From positions 62,001 to 126,000 of the forward strand of contig JAYWIR010000086.1 in NCBI GenBank assembly GCA_036172245.1: a DNA stretch of 64,000 bases, read 5' to 3'. Made by a program: the position numbers and the translations under genes. Numbering within the stretch: the first letter of the stretch is position 1; every line of letters starts with the position of its first letter. The stretch is from Raillietiella orientalis (lineage: Eukaryota). Under the pieces are notes generated by a model. It was not told the DNA's origin. It saw nothing but the letters and a program-made list of their open reading frames with translations, and ran no database searches. This document shows, in pieces, positions 38,401 to 49,184 of this stretch.

Positions 38401-39459
38401 AGGACCCGGCAGCAAAAATCACACGTGGGAGGACTGAAGGGCGGGATGGACCGTGGGAGCGTGCACCCACGGTCGCATCAGGGAAGTTGAGATCTGGTGC
38501 CCGTGCGCGCGCGCCTGGGAAGGAGGATCTCCTGGAGTCGGTGCACGGACACAGTTCGACGGGAGGAAGGAAACGCGCTGCAGAGCACCCCGGAGAACCG
38601 TGGACACCCGAGCTAGGCTCCGGGGGAGGAGAGGGAGATTCCTGCTCAGCGAAGAACGCCATCGATTCTCGAGGTCTCAGGTCGCGCGAGACTCGACCTT
38701 CTTCCTCTGCCTGTGTCGATGCCGCCATCCGCCGGGGAGGGCGTCGGTCGCTTGTGCCGAAGGTAGAAAAGGTCATTCCCAGAAAATCACAGGGTTGACA
38801 ACCCGTGGTCCAGGAGGTTCCCTCGAAACGGATTCAGCAGGAGTCAGCAGTCGCCAACCGGACCGAACTCGAGGCGATGGAGAGAGCGCGTGGGACGTCC
38901 CCACGAGCGTGTTGCGTCGGGAGGAACGGGATGGAAGGAGGTGAAGAGACGGCCTGCTTCACCTCCCGAGGCGCATCCCGGAGACCTCACGAGCGCTCCC
39001 GGCAGGATCTCCGGCACCTCGAGGGACGATGATGTCCGTCCGGGGAAAACTGCAAAGCTGGTGGGGGGCGCATCAGGAAAAGGGGAGGCGGCAGGTTATG
39101 TTGGACGTCGTCCACCACCGCACTTTGGGAAGCACAGGGTGGGGTCACCCACCCGTTGCGGAAGAGCCATAGAGGTCGTGGACGGATGAGCAGGCGAGCG
39201 GAGGATGTGGAGGGGAGATCCCATCTTCATCCTCTGCATCCCGCTTCCAGCATCGTTGCGTGCGCGGAAGCCCGGATGACGTTCGGTCCTCTTCCTCGAC
39301 AATCCGGAAGACGATGGAGGTCTGAAGACGTCCCTCCTCGAATTGCTTCCTCCTCCCCTTTCCCCCCAGGGGCGCACGCGACGACCCTCTTTCTCTGCGT
39401 TCGTGCCGACCTACGCGAAGTCCCCTGCGCGCACAATGGACAACCCTCAGCACGGCCAC

Positions 39460-40000
39460 CGACAGTCGGCGGACTCTTCCCCCCTTCCTCCTCGGAGATG
39501 CCACCCGGATGCGCCGGGACCTTTATTTCAAACTCAACTTAAGGTCATTACAAAACGTGGTACAAGGCCAACACACTAACGGCCAACATTTCGCCGGACC
39601 TGCTGGGACGCCGGGACGCAGACCAGCGTGATTCTCCTCGGCAGTGGAAGAAGATGGGGGAAAAAACAAAAAGAAAAATAAAACAATAAGACAAAAAAAA
39701 AGAATTTGGAGGGCCTGGAAGGGAAGGACCCGCCTGACAATGGGGACTAGCGGGACTCACCGGAGACGCAACGCATGCGGCCGGCTCCCCTTCCGGCCAT
39801 CTCCCCGTGGCTCTTCTCGCGACCTTCCCTAGGACCCGCGATGGAGCAGCTCCTCCAGGATCTGGGATCGCCCAAGCCCGGCCAAGGTGGAGACCCCCCT
39901 CGTCCCGGATCTTCTTCTACAGACAGGGAGTTGGTCGAGAAGGGAAGGGAAGTCGTTCGCAGATACTCAGGACGAAACCGGGTATCAGCAGCCCACACTT
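39460..40000 (-). mobile_element. LINE 3' end, copy C
   Basis: T-rich 3'UTR tract (39655-39705), shared GGTCTGCGT motif, then AATAAAGGTCCCGGCGCATCCGGGTG on the minus strand (39502-39527). Confidence 0.55.
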
Positions 40001-40399
40001 GGGGGAAGAGAGGGAGGAGGAATCCTCCCTGCTTTCGCTGGGTGGAGTGGAAGCTTCCCAGTGGCAGGGAGGGAGGGAGGTGGGTGCCCGCAACCTTCCC
40101 AGCGGAATTCCGGAACTGAGGAGCCAAGATCTCCGCCTGAGGAGGACACGAAGGACTCCCTCCTAGCAGCAGTAGTCCCTCGTTCCCTCTTCCCTCGAAC
40201 CTCCTCCTCCCCTTCCCCTGAAAGGAGAAGATAAGGGGGAGGGGGAGGGTGGCAGATGCAGTCGCCTCCCGCGAGGACGCGTCCCGGGGATGACGGAGCC
40301 GCCTATGATCGCGGAGTCCTCCGCCGCTTCCAGGCTTCCTCTCCCTTCCCCCTCCTCTCCCGTTCCTCCTCCCTCCAGTTCTCCTTCCTCTGGCGGGAG

Positions 40400-40950
40400 A
40401 GGCGGCTGCTGGAGGGCACAGGTCAGGGGCTGCACTGCTGTGCCCTCCCTTCTTCCCGCCGGGTGTTCCCGCGACTCAGCTGCGATCGTCTCACCCGCGC
40501 GACGCCGCCACGAGGAAACTTCGGAGTTCACTGGAGGAGAGCCAGAGGTGGTGCTCCGTAACACCTGATCGCGAGTGCCGACTCTTCCCCGAGAACGAAG
40601 GTCCGCGGAGGCGGCTGGAGTTCGTCCCAGGGACAGCTAGAAGGACGAGAGTTCCTGGGACCGCCGCCGGCTTGACAGTGATCCGCGAAGAGGCTCCAGG
40701 AGAAACGCCGCCTCAACGACCACGTCCAGCGCGTGGTCGAGCGCGAGCAGAGCTGCCTGCTGTAGGCGAAGAGGACGCGCTTCGAGCAGGGCTGGTCGCC
40801 TCTGCAGGTGCGGATGAGCACGAGGAAAAGGAGGAGGAGGAGCCACGTCGTCATCATCAGTAGTAGCAGCAGATTCGGGCTAAAGGCTTCCGCTGCCACA
40901 GCCGCGCGCCACCCGGACGTCTGCTGCTCCCGATGCATCCGGAGTTCCGG
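40400..40950 (+). mobile_element. Decayed L1/Tx1 reverse transcriptase fragment (RT blocks ~1-3)
   Basis: Plus-strand frame with high GC3: SAKRLQEKRRLNDHVQRVVEREQSCLL* (cf. LAKxLxxRLxxxLxxVIxxxQxxF), then HVVIIS..FGLKAS (cf. IISLDFxKAFD); upstream GTGQGL and LFPENEGP ghosts of PGPDGL and LIPK. Confidence 0.55.
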
Positions 40951-40980
40951 CACAAGTCCGATGGCGAGATTCTGCTTCTG

Positions 40981-41780
40981 CGACAGGTGGTTCGACACCC
41001 GCTTGCCCCGGGGCGTTTATTTATATATATAAAAAAATAAACATGCTAGTCAGTGGCAGGACGCTCGGTCCTGCCACGTCACAAATGCAACGATGGGAAC
41101 CTGCTGATAACCGGCGCGCCAGCAGTCGAGATTTGCCTCGGCAGCAGATGGGGTGGAAAAACAGCAAAAAACATACAGTCAAATGGTGGGAGTAGGGGTT
41201 TGTGAAAGCATCACCGGGTTCTGGAGGACGTCTTCTGCATCCTTGTAAGGATGCTGGCAGGTTCCTGTTTCAAGACTCCCAGATAGGGCAATCTTGACGA
41301 TGTCCTTATGAGAAGAACAGCAAAGTGGATGACGTCCCTGCCATTCTGGCCTCTCCTTACGGCGTTCCAGGCCGCCACTATCCCGTGGAACAGCAGAGAA
41401 CTGCTAAGGACGCGGCTGGCGGCAGAGAGGTACGCATGAGGCGTCGTCGGAAAATGTCCCTGGGTTCGCCCTCCGGAGTTCCTAGGATCGTCGAAAGACG
41501 GTCTGAAAGGGGTCGAAGGGCAGAGCAGTATACCAATAAGTGCGGGAAGGTCTCCTCCTTCTCGCCGCACTTTGCACAATGGACATCGACACTACCTCGT
41601 GTCCAGTGGGATAGGCGTGCTCTGCATGGGATTTCCCAGTGCAACACTAGCAACGCCACCTCTTGCCACTTGCGGGGGGATGTGCCACTGTCCCAACACG
41701 CTGGGGGCCACTTCACCTCCTCCGGAGGTCTCTCTCGTCCCAGAGTATAAGTCCTTTGAGCGGGACACTCCGGGTCGCAG
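40981..41780 (-). mobile_element. L1/Tx1-like LINE 3' end, copy A (ORF2 C-terminal zinc finger plus 3'UTR)
   Basis: KWQEVALLVLHWEIPCRARL..HCAKCGEKEETFPHLLVYC, then FHGIVAAWNAVRRG..LPYLGVLKQEPASILTRMQKTSSRTR* (41211), T-rich UTR, AATAAACGCCCCGGGGCAAGCGGGTG. Confidence 0.8.
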
Positions 41781-41789
41781 CGTTCCCTA

Positions 41790-42191
41790 GCTGTCAAGCT
41801 GTCCACGCGCTTAAAAGTTTTTTCCTTCCTTCGATACGGCAGGATCCTTCCCACCTTGTTCAGTGGCCCCACCTGGGAAACTTGAAAAGAACACTTGTCA
41901 GCATCCTGGACATGATGCAGGGGACGTCTCCTGGCGTTCTGTGATCCCTTCTTCGTCCTCCCCTCCTCAAAGAACATTTTTCCCTTCCCCTTTTCTTTGT
42001 ATTTTGTTTTTATGGTTTTCTCTTCCCCTTCGCCGCGGCAACGGACCTCCCACCGGTCTGCGTACCAGTCGCGACAGGTTTCTCGCACGTGGTAGAGCCT
42101 GGTGTCCTACCACAATACTGTACACACAGAACGACTTTTATTATAATTTTTACAATAAATGCCCCGGCAGATCCGGGTGACAAAGCTGTCG
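41790..42191 (+). mobile_element. LINE 3' end, copy B
   Basis: QWPHLGNLKRTLVSILDMMQGTSPGVL* is homologous to the copy A terminus; T-rich UTR, CACCGGTCTGCGTACC, AATAAATGCCCCGGCAGATCCGGGTG (42154-42179). Confidence 0.7.
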
Positions 42192-42199
42192 GGGTCCGA

Positions 42200-44500
42200 G
42201 TGTTCCTGACTCCGATCGTCCAGCAGGCTAGGCGACCCGGACTGCCAGACTTGACGCTCGGCCTTGACTTGTTACTCCCCTGGTCTCCGGACGTCGGGTT
42301 CCCTGAAAAAGCGATGGATGTGCAGGCACGATCTCTCTCGTTCCTCACGCCTTCTCCGAATCCTGCAGGAAGACGGTGCACCGGGAAATGTTCGCAGAAC
42401 TCGCAGATTGAGCGTTTCAACCGGTCCTCGAGATTCCGCACGCTGAAGCCTCACAAGAACTCGCGGAGCTTCTCCGCAGCTCTTGGGAGACTCATCCAGT
42501 CCCCTGGGAGGACGTTATTCGGAGGATCTCTGGCGTGCGGACCAATTTCGAGCTCCAGCCAGGAGTGGTCCGACAGCGTCGACCGCACCCTGCCTCGCTT
42601 TCCAGCCCATGAGCACAGGTGGTTGTCGAGGAAGAAGTAGTCGATGTTGTGCTCCGTCCCGGCCTCTCCCTCCAACAAGATGCGCTCGTTGGCCACGTGT
42701 GCTGTCCTTTCAACACCCTGGATAGCAGGCGGAGATTGAAATCTCCGGCAGCCACCAGGTGCGCTTTCCGCACGCCTCCTTCAACCAGCCATTCGCGCCG
42801 CAGGCCTTCGAAGAACGTCTTTTGTTCCCGGGTTCCGCTTGAGCAGCTGGGGACGTACACATTTGTGACCAAGAGGTCGATCGAGTGTCAGTTGGCCGAC
42901 CCGACTTTCCTCGTCGAAGCGCATACTCTTCACGGCCGTCGCGACGGCCGATTGAAGAAGGAAGGCCACTTCGGAGGACCGGCGGGAGCCGCAATGCCAC
43001 AGCGGCGGGTCACGAAGGCAGTTGCCTACCTGTGGGGTGGAAGGTCGCCTGCACGATCGCAGGAGCAACCCGACCCATGGGCGGCTGGAGAACCAGCGTG
43101 CTGGAAGACGCCGCCACGCCTCGCAATATCCCAAAGGACTCCTTCGGTGGCGCGAACTCCAGAGTGTGCACCTCGAAGAACTTCTGGTCCCTCACTCGCG
43201 CTTTGAAACTTCTGTATTCCTCTTTCCATGGAAGCAGGACGTGCTCTTGCTGGTGCATTGGGACTTCCATTGTAACCAGCGCGCGAACATTATTTCTGGG
43301 GGAGTTGCCTCCCCGAACTGTAGAAGGTGCGGAGCAGCGGAAACGCTCCCGCACTGCTCTTCGGCTGCGGTGTTTTCCAAGGACTGTGATGGAGGCTGGC
43401 TTCGGTGCTCCTGCACCAGGGGGACATCGCAAGAGATTTGATGCGCCGCTTTTTCACGCGAGTGGCCTTTCGTTAGGTGCGGTCATCGCAACCATCTGTT
43501 GCGTCCGTACCATCGTCACGGCCCGCCACATGTTGGAGTCGCGAGAGACCCCAACAGAGGTCATCACGATTGTAGCCTCCAACATGAGGACGGCTTCCAG
43601 GTGTCCTCACGTGAGCGAAGAAGGCAGGAAGGAGGTCTCCGACATTGAGCGCCGGTTCTGAGAACAAGGAACGGCCGAAGCCAACGACCCCTGTCTTCTA
43701 ACCCATATCTTTTTTTTTTGTATTTTCTATACATCTATCTGTGGTCCCCTCGCTCCCTTTCGGAACCTTCGGTGTGCCCGACCTGCGTGCTGGGGAACCC
43801 TCCCTTCCAACTTCTTTTCCCTTTGTCTGGGAACTTTGTTCCCAGATGGTTTCATTCTTTTGCAGAAGAAACGCCATCCCTGGGCTTAGCAGATGGAAAA
43901 CGGATGACCACCGGCTATCTTCTCGATATCCCATGCCTGCTCTGCAGAGATGACGTGGATCTCCTGCAATAGCACGAGGTCGAAGGATCGCAGGGTGGCG
44001 GCCACTTCCCGTCTCCTGCCGCCGTCGCTCAGCCCGTTGACGTTCCAAGGGGGCGATCCGTAGACGACAGCGAGAGGCGATTCCCGGCCTCAAGGCTGGG
44101 AAGGTGACGCTGCGGCTCTCGCCACCTGGTGGGCGGAATGCCATTAGGCTGTACGGGAACTTCAGGCACTTGGACCTCCTCTACCCCGCCCATCCCTTCC
44201 TCCGCTTCGGAACGTGGGGACTTTCTCTGCCAAAGAGTCCCGTGTTCCGGCGTCCATCGCAACCTCGCTCTCGAAAGCCATCTCCTCCTCATGGGCAGGA
44301 AAGAACTGCCTCCTGGGATTCTTGGACTTGCGTACAGAACGTACCTGGAAGTGCAACGACACGGGGGACGCCCTTCTGGCTTTCGCGTCCGGACGCTCTG
44401 TTTTAAGGCCGCATGTCTCAAGGCCTTCTTTGTCGTCTTGGAATTTTCCTCAGTGGCCGCGAGCTCCTCAGCGCCTTGGGACAGGTGGGCTGGAGACCGG
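42200..44500 (-). mobile_element. L1/Tx1-like LINE: probable end of ORF1 and ORF2 APE endonuclease, split by a nested insertion
   Basis: RLRIA/WNVNGL..FDLVLLQEIH (44066-43900), resuming at ~43010 with SEVAFLL, VTNVYVP, LVAAGDFN, NIDYFFLD, LSDHSWLEL: the full ordered APE motif set, frameshifted. Confidence 0.85.
43020..43895 (+). mobile_element. LINE 3' end, copy F, inserted antisense inside the APE domain
   Basis: WKQDVLLLVHW..NQRANIISGGVASPNCRRCGAAETLPH(LLFGC) zinc finger, ORF end at 43661, T-rich UTR, degenerate terminus AAGAAACGCCATCCCTGGGCTTAGCAGATG. Confidence 0.75.
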
Positions 44501-45649
44501 GCCTCACAGCTCGGAGTGGTCACACGAGACCCCGCGCCTCCCCTTTCCATCCCCACCCTACGCGTCAGCCAGGAGCGTCCCTGCTCCCACTTTACCCCCT
44601 CTCTGGCACCACGCGCGCTGCCGCTAGCGCGATGACGTCGTTCTTCTCCCAGAGCTGGTGGCGCAGGAGAAGGGGTATGGGGTGGAAGGGTGGAGGGTAT
44701 GAGAGGCTTCCCAGGAATGGCGGGAACCAGTGGAAAGGTGCCTTCGGGCTCGCACCTCTGGGAACGAGTCGCGCCGGGTGCGCGCGTGTGCAATCCGCAC
44801 TGTTTTCCCCCCCCTTCCCCCCGGCCCGCCCTCCTCCGGATCTATGCCTCCTTCTGCACCGTCTCTGCGCAAGCTGGGCGCCCGCTCGGCAGCGGAAGGG
44901 GTCGCCGGGAGTGACCTGTGCGGAGGGATGCCTCGGAAGAGGTGGAGAGGGCAGGAGGCACATGCAGTCGGGGATAGTGACCTTCCCCGGGTAGCCCGCT
45001 GGCTCCCCACAGGTTGCCGCCAGACCCATTGCATCCGGTCTCGTCGGGCTGTGACCCTGGAACTGCCTCAGGGCCCCGACGACCTCAGAGACGGTGTCAA
45101 CGTCAGATCCGAAGAACCACCCGCTCCGGGCGCCATCCAGAAACGGCTGCAGAGATCACCTGCCGCGTGACCATCGGCGGCTACCCCGAGCAACTTTCCA
45201 CACTCGTGGGAACGACCGCGGGGCGAGGCTGCACCAGTGTGCAGCCTCCGGGCGCGAAGACGGACGACCTGCGAGTCCCGCTGACTCCGGAACGCGCGGA
45301 GCTCCCCTCCCCCTGGAAGCGCGCACCTTCCGACGGGGGTCATACCTCGGGAAGTGAAGCTCGCTGCGCCCGGTCGGACCTGGGCCGCCAGGAGGGTCGA
45401 CCCTCCTCCCTTCCGATGATGCATTCGAGAGGGGTCCCGTGCGGCTCCCGACTTCCGCATCAGGCGGAGAGCCCTACGATGGATGCCTCCCAGAACGCGG
45501 GAGAAACGACTAGGACCACATCCACAACCGCCGAGCCGGGTACGAGGGTGGGAAGAGGCGAGGCGGGAGACTCAGCCGCAGATCCTGACCGAGGTTATAC
45601 TGTGCTAAATAAAATGTCAGAAAATCAGAAAACCGAGATGGAAATCCTC

Positions 45650-46620
45650 GAAGATCAGGGGAGCCTCCCCAGCGCTCGGTCCACGCTCGCCTTCCATGCC
45701 CGTGGCATCCCCATCAGGAGGACGAAGCTCCGGAGAGGATGAAAGGGTAATCGCACTGAGCATCCCGCTGGTCGCTCCGAAGAAAGGACATGGCATCGGA
45801 GGGTGCAGACCCCCCGACGCAGTGCCGGGGAATCTTCACGCCTGTTGTTCCAGGCGATGGTGGGTCTTCCTCCACGAATGCGTAGGCGCCTCTCAGGGTG
45901 TGGAGCAGAGCGAGCTGTTTGGGGAAGTTTGGGGTCGGGGCCTCGCATCTCGTAAAGTCCCTGTCTTCGCGGGCTGCCTGAGGGATGGTTTCACCGAGGA
46001 GTGGAGAGAGAGCTCCGGCATCCGGGTCTACGGCGGCGCGAAGGGCGGTCGCATCAGAGGCGGGGACGTCTCTTTCCTTCCTCGTTTCTGCTCCCAGAGG
46101 ACTCGGCCCTACTGCTTCGGCGTCGGCGGCCAGCAAGTTCTCTTCGGCACGCGTCCAGAAGAGGGGAGAGCGAGCGATCTGTCCGTATCGAGCTCCCCCG
46201 CCGCTTCCTCGCCACCTTTCGAGCGGTTTCCCGTATCCTCCCCTCCCGCACGCACGCGCTCCCGAGGGAGCAGGCTACCGGCCCTGGCGAGGCAGCTTCT
46301 GAGGGCAAGGCCGAGCGCGGCCTGCTCCCTCCTCCACCTTCCTTCCCCCGCACGGCCACTTGCGGGAGCCGCTCCAAGCGCCAGCAATTCCGAAGCCAGC
46401 CGCTGGTACCTTCCGAAGGCGGCGCGCACTCCCGCCCTTGCGAGCACCACGCACAAAGGAGGGAATCGTCTGCCCCCGTTTGCCGAGCCTGCCCGATACG
46501 CGCGTTGTCACCGGCACGCAGAGTGCGCCTGCGCTGACGCCGAACGCCCGAGAGTCGATAAAAACAACCAATTTCAGTGGATTACGACTGATAATCCACG
46601 AGCATTCCGCCACCCGGTAG
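45650..46620 (-). mobile_element. Decayed non-LTR reverse transcriptase core/thumb fragment
   Basis: Ordered ghosts LVVFIDSRAFGV (FIDxxKAFDxV), SIRTDRSLSPLL (GIRQGxxLSPLL), GAYAF..IAWNN, LRSFVLLMGMPRAWKASVDRAL. Confidence 0.55.
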
Positions 46621-49109
46621 GTGAGCGAACAACTGACCTCCTCCCCCCCCCCCCCCGATCCGCGTGGGGATCAGTCGTGGGGTCACCACTTCCTTTCCCT
46701 CCCGTCGCGTTCATGACCCTCAGTCCGAGGTAGCACGCAGCAGCTCAGCCTGGGCCGCCACTACTACACAAGCATGCGCAGAGAAAGCGTACGTATCCCT
46801 GGGTACACACACGAATCTCCAGCAGTTCCTTTCGCTCTCTCTCTCTCTCTCTCTCTTTCCCGTCTTCCCACCCCGCCTCCTAGCACCGCTGTTGGGACGC
46901 GTGCTGACACGAGCTCGAGGGAGGGAAGGAAAAAGTCCTTTAACAGAGCAAAGAGTTCACCGCCATGGAGGCCGCGTGATGCGAACTGCGTCGTTTGCCC
47001 ACCTGTCCGAAGACTGCCACACGAGCGAGCGTCAGTGACGTAAGCGAAATGGGGCAGCCCTGCTGCCACTCTGCGCCCACGGACGGGAAAGCCGGGCGGA
47101 CTCCGGGCTTGCGAGGACCAACGCAGCGCACGATGGAGGGGGGCGGGAGGGGACAGAGGAACTTTGGGGGGCACGAGAGCTCGATAAGCATGGGGCCTCC
47201 TGGACGTACGGGGAAAGAGCATGCGGACGTCAGTCTGCCAGATAGTCGGCGTGGGATTCGACGAAAATCGGAATCATGCGGTTGCGAGGCGAATCGGCTG
47301 CTGCATTTGGAGTCGATCCAAAAGACGCCCTGCTGTATGTCTTCGCGTGGATGGGTGGATGGATGGATATGCGGGCGGACGCAGCCCGCTCGCTCGCCAG
47401 CGTGGTTCTGGGTGATCCGGGCTGGGAAGGCGGTGGGAGAGGAGGGGGCTCGTGTTTCCCTCGTAGGATTCTTCGAGTTACAACCGGAGCTCGGCGTCCT
47501 CTAGGCGGACGCGCGCGTGATTGCTAAGTGAAACAGGACGCGAGGGAACGCAGGAGAGGCCAAGCAAAAAAAAGGGAGAGAGAAAGAGAGGAGGCGAAGG
47601 GTAGGGAGGGGGAGCAAATACTTGCATCCCAAGAAACGCGAGAGGAAGATAATTTGCGGCTGCCTCGCAGGCCGTTTCCCAGGCTGTGCACCTCCCTCGT
47701 GCGAAAAAGGAAACCATGTCCTCGTGCGGCGAAAAGCAAACAAAGTCCCCATTTTTCGTTTGCGCGCGCGGGCCGTTCCCACAGTAAGGGCCCGCGGGCG
47801 CACCAATGCACTCTCTCGCGTAGGCGCACCTCGGCAACAAAGAGAGGGGCCAACAGTGCGTTCCCTTTTGTGCCCCTATTTCGGGATCTCGAAAGACCAG
47901 CGAAGCGTGGGCGCGATGGATTCCTCCGTCTCGCGAAGAAGGGATGGAGGGGAAACGGGAGAGAGATCGTCCTCAGGAGAGCCTCTCTGGTAGGGGGGCG
48001 ATCCTCGTTTCCTCATCTCGCTCCACCTGTCGGGGGAGGGCAGTTCGCACCCAGAATCGGAGGCGCATGCCGCGTCCGCGGCTCCCTCGCCCGGCGGACG
48101 AGAGACGATTCCTGGGTCCCCGGAAGGCAAAAGGCAGCCTCGCCCGGGCCGCTGCTTCCTGCGTGAGAGGACGGGCACCTTGCATGCTCGCGAAAAGCCC
48201 GGGTCACGTAACAGACAGTTTCGGCTGGTCCCAACCGCCACCCCTTCCGCCGCAGCCTGTCCCCGAATCTCGTGTCATTCCCGCCTCCTTGCCGGTTCTC
48301 TTCCTCCCTGCCGCTTCCCCTTCCTCTTTCACCCTTCCTGGCTTCCAGAACGGGCGATGCCTGCCTCGCCCACTCGCCTCTTGGAAAATCGCCCGATACG
48401 CCCTTGGAGGAGAATGTAGCACCTCCCGCTCCTTTCCCCTCCCCTGAGGATTCCCCCCCCCCCCCCGAGAGATGCTGGAGAGATCCCCTACTCTCCCTCC
48501 TTCGTCGCTTTCCAGGACGGAGGGGAAGAAACTCTCTGTCCCTCCTCTTTCCTTCTCTGAACAACTGCGAAGTTCTCCCAGTGGTTTCGCTCTCCCTAGT
48601 TTCCCGATGGAGCTTTCTCTGCCCCCATTGTCGCTAGGACCCCTTCACCCCCCTTCCTCCCCCCTTCACTGGGTTCGCAAGAACGTAGCGTCATCAGCCA
48701 GGAAGCCGCGAAAGCCTCTTTCTCGCTTTTGCGTGCCTGCGCAGGAGAAAGCGAGAAGGAAAAAACTCCCTCCCCTCTGGCCTCGCCAGAGGGGAGGGAG
48801 TTTAGGAAGGAGTTCGCGTTACCCAGGGCGCTCGGAGCCGGGTGCAAAGGGGGGGGGGGATGTCGACGGGAGTTGGATGGGGAACCAGGACCGGCTCCCG
48901 TTTCGGGATCGCTACCACGGGATTCGCCGCGGATTGCGGAGGGGCAGGGTCGAAGTGCAGGCTGCAACGGCTGCTGCACGTTGGCACAGCCGCTGCAGAG
49001 AGGCGATCACACGTCCGCGTCGTGGCGTCGCAGAGAAGCGACCGCCCGCCACGGGTGACCTTTCTCCCGCCGTTGCCTGCTCCTCCTGCGAGGGAGAACC
49101 GCGAAGGGA

Positions 49110-49184
49110 GCGGGAAGCTGGGCAGGAGAGGCGCAGGGTCGACGGGGCGGGAAGCTGGGGCAGGAGAGGCTCAGGGTCGACGGG
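49110..49184. repeat. Tandem duplication, 2 x ~37 bp
   Basis: GCGGGAAGCTGGG(G)CAGGAGAGGC(G/T)CAGGGTCGACGGG repeated head to tail. Confidence 0.9.

Noticed and set aside
40528..40857. Insulin/relaxin-like (Dilp8/gonadulin-type Cx12C) peptide gene
   Set aside because: No proper A-chain CCx3Cx8C in any joinable frame, and the sequence is better explained as the antisense of an RT relic. Kept only as a low-interest proto-gene idea.
41018..41030. TATA box as an independent promoter
   Set aside because: Aligns with the AT-rich AATAAA region found at the 3' end of the other LINE copies.
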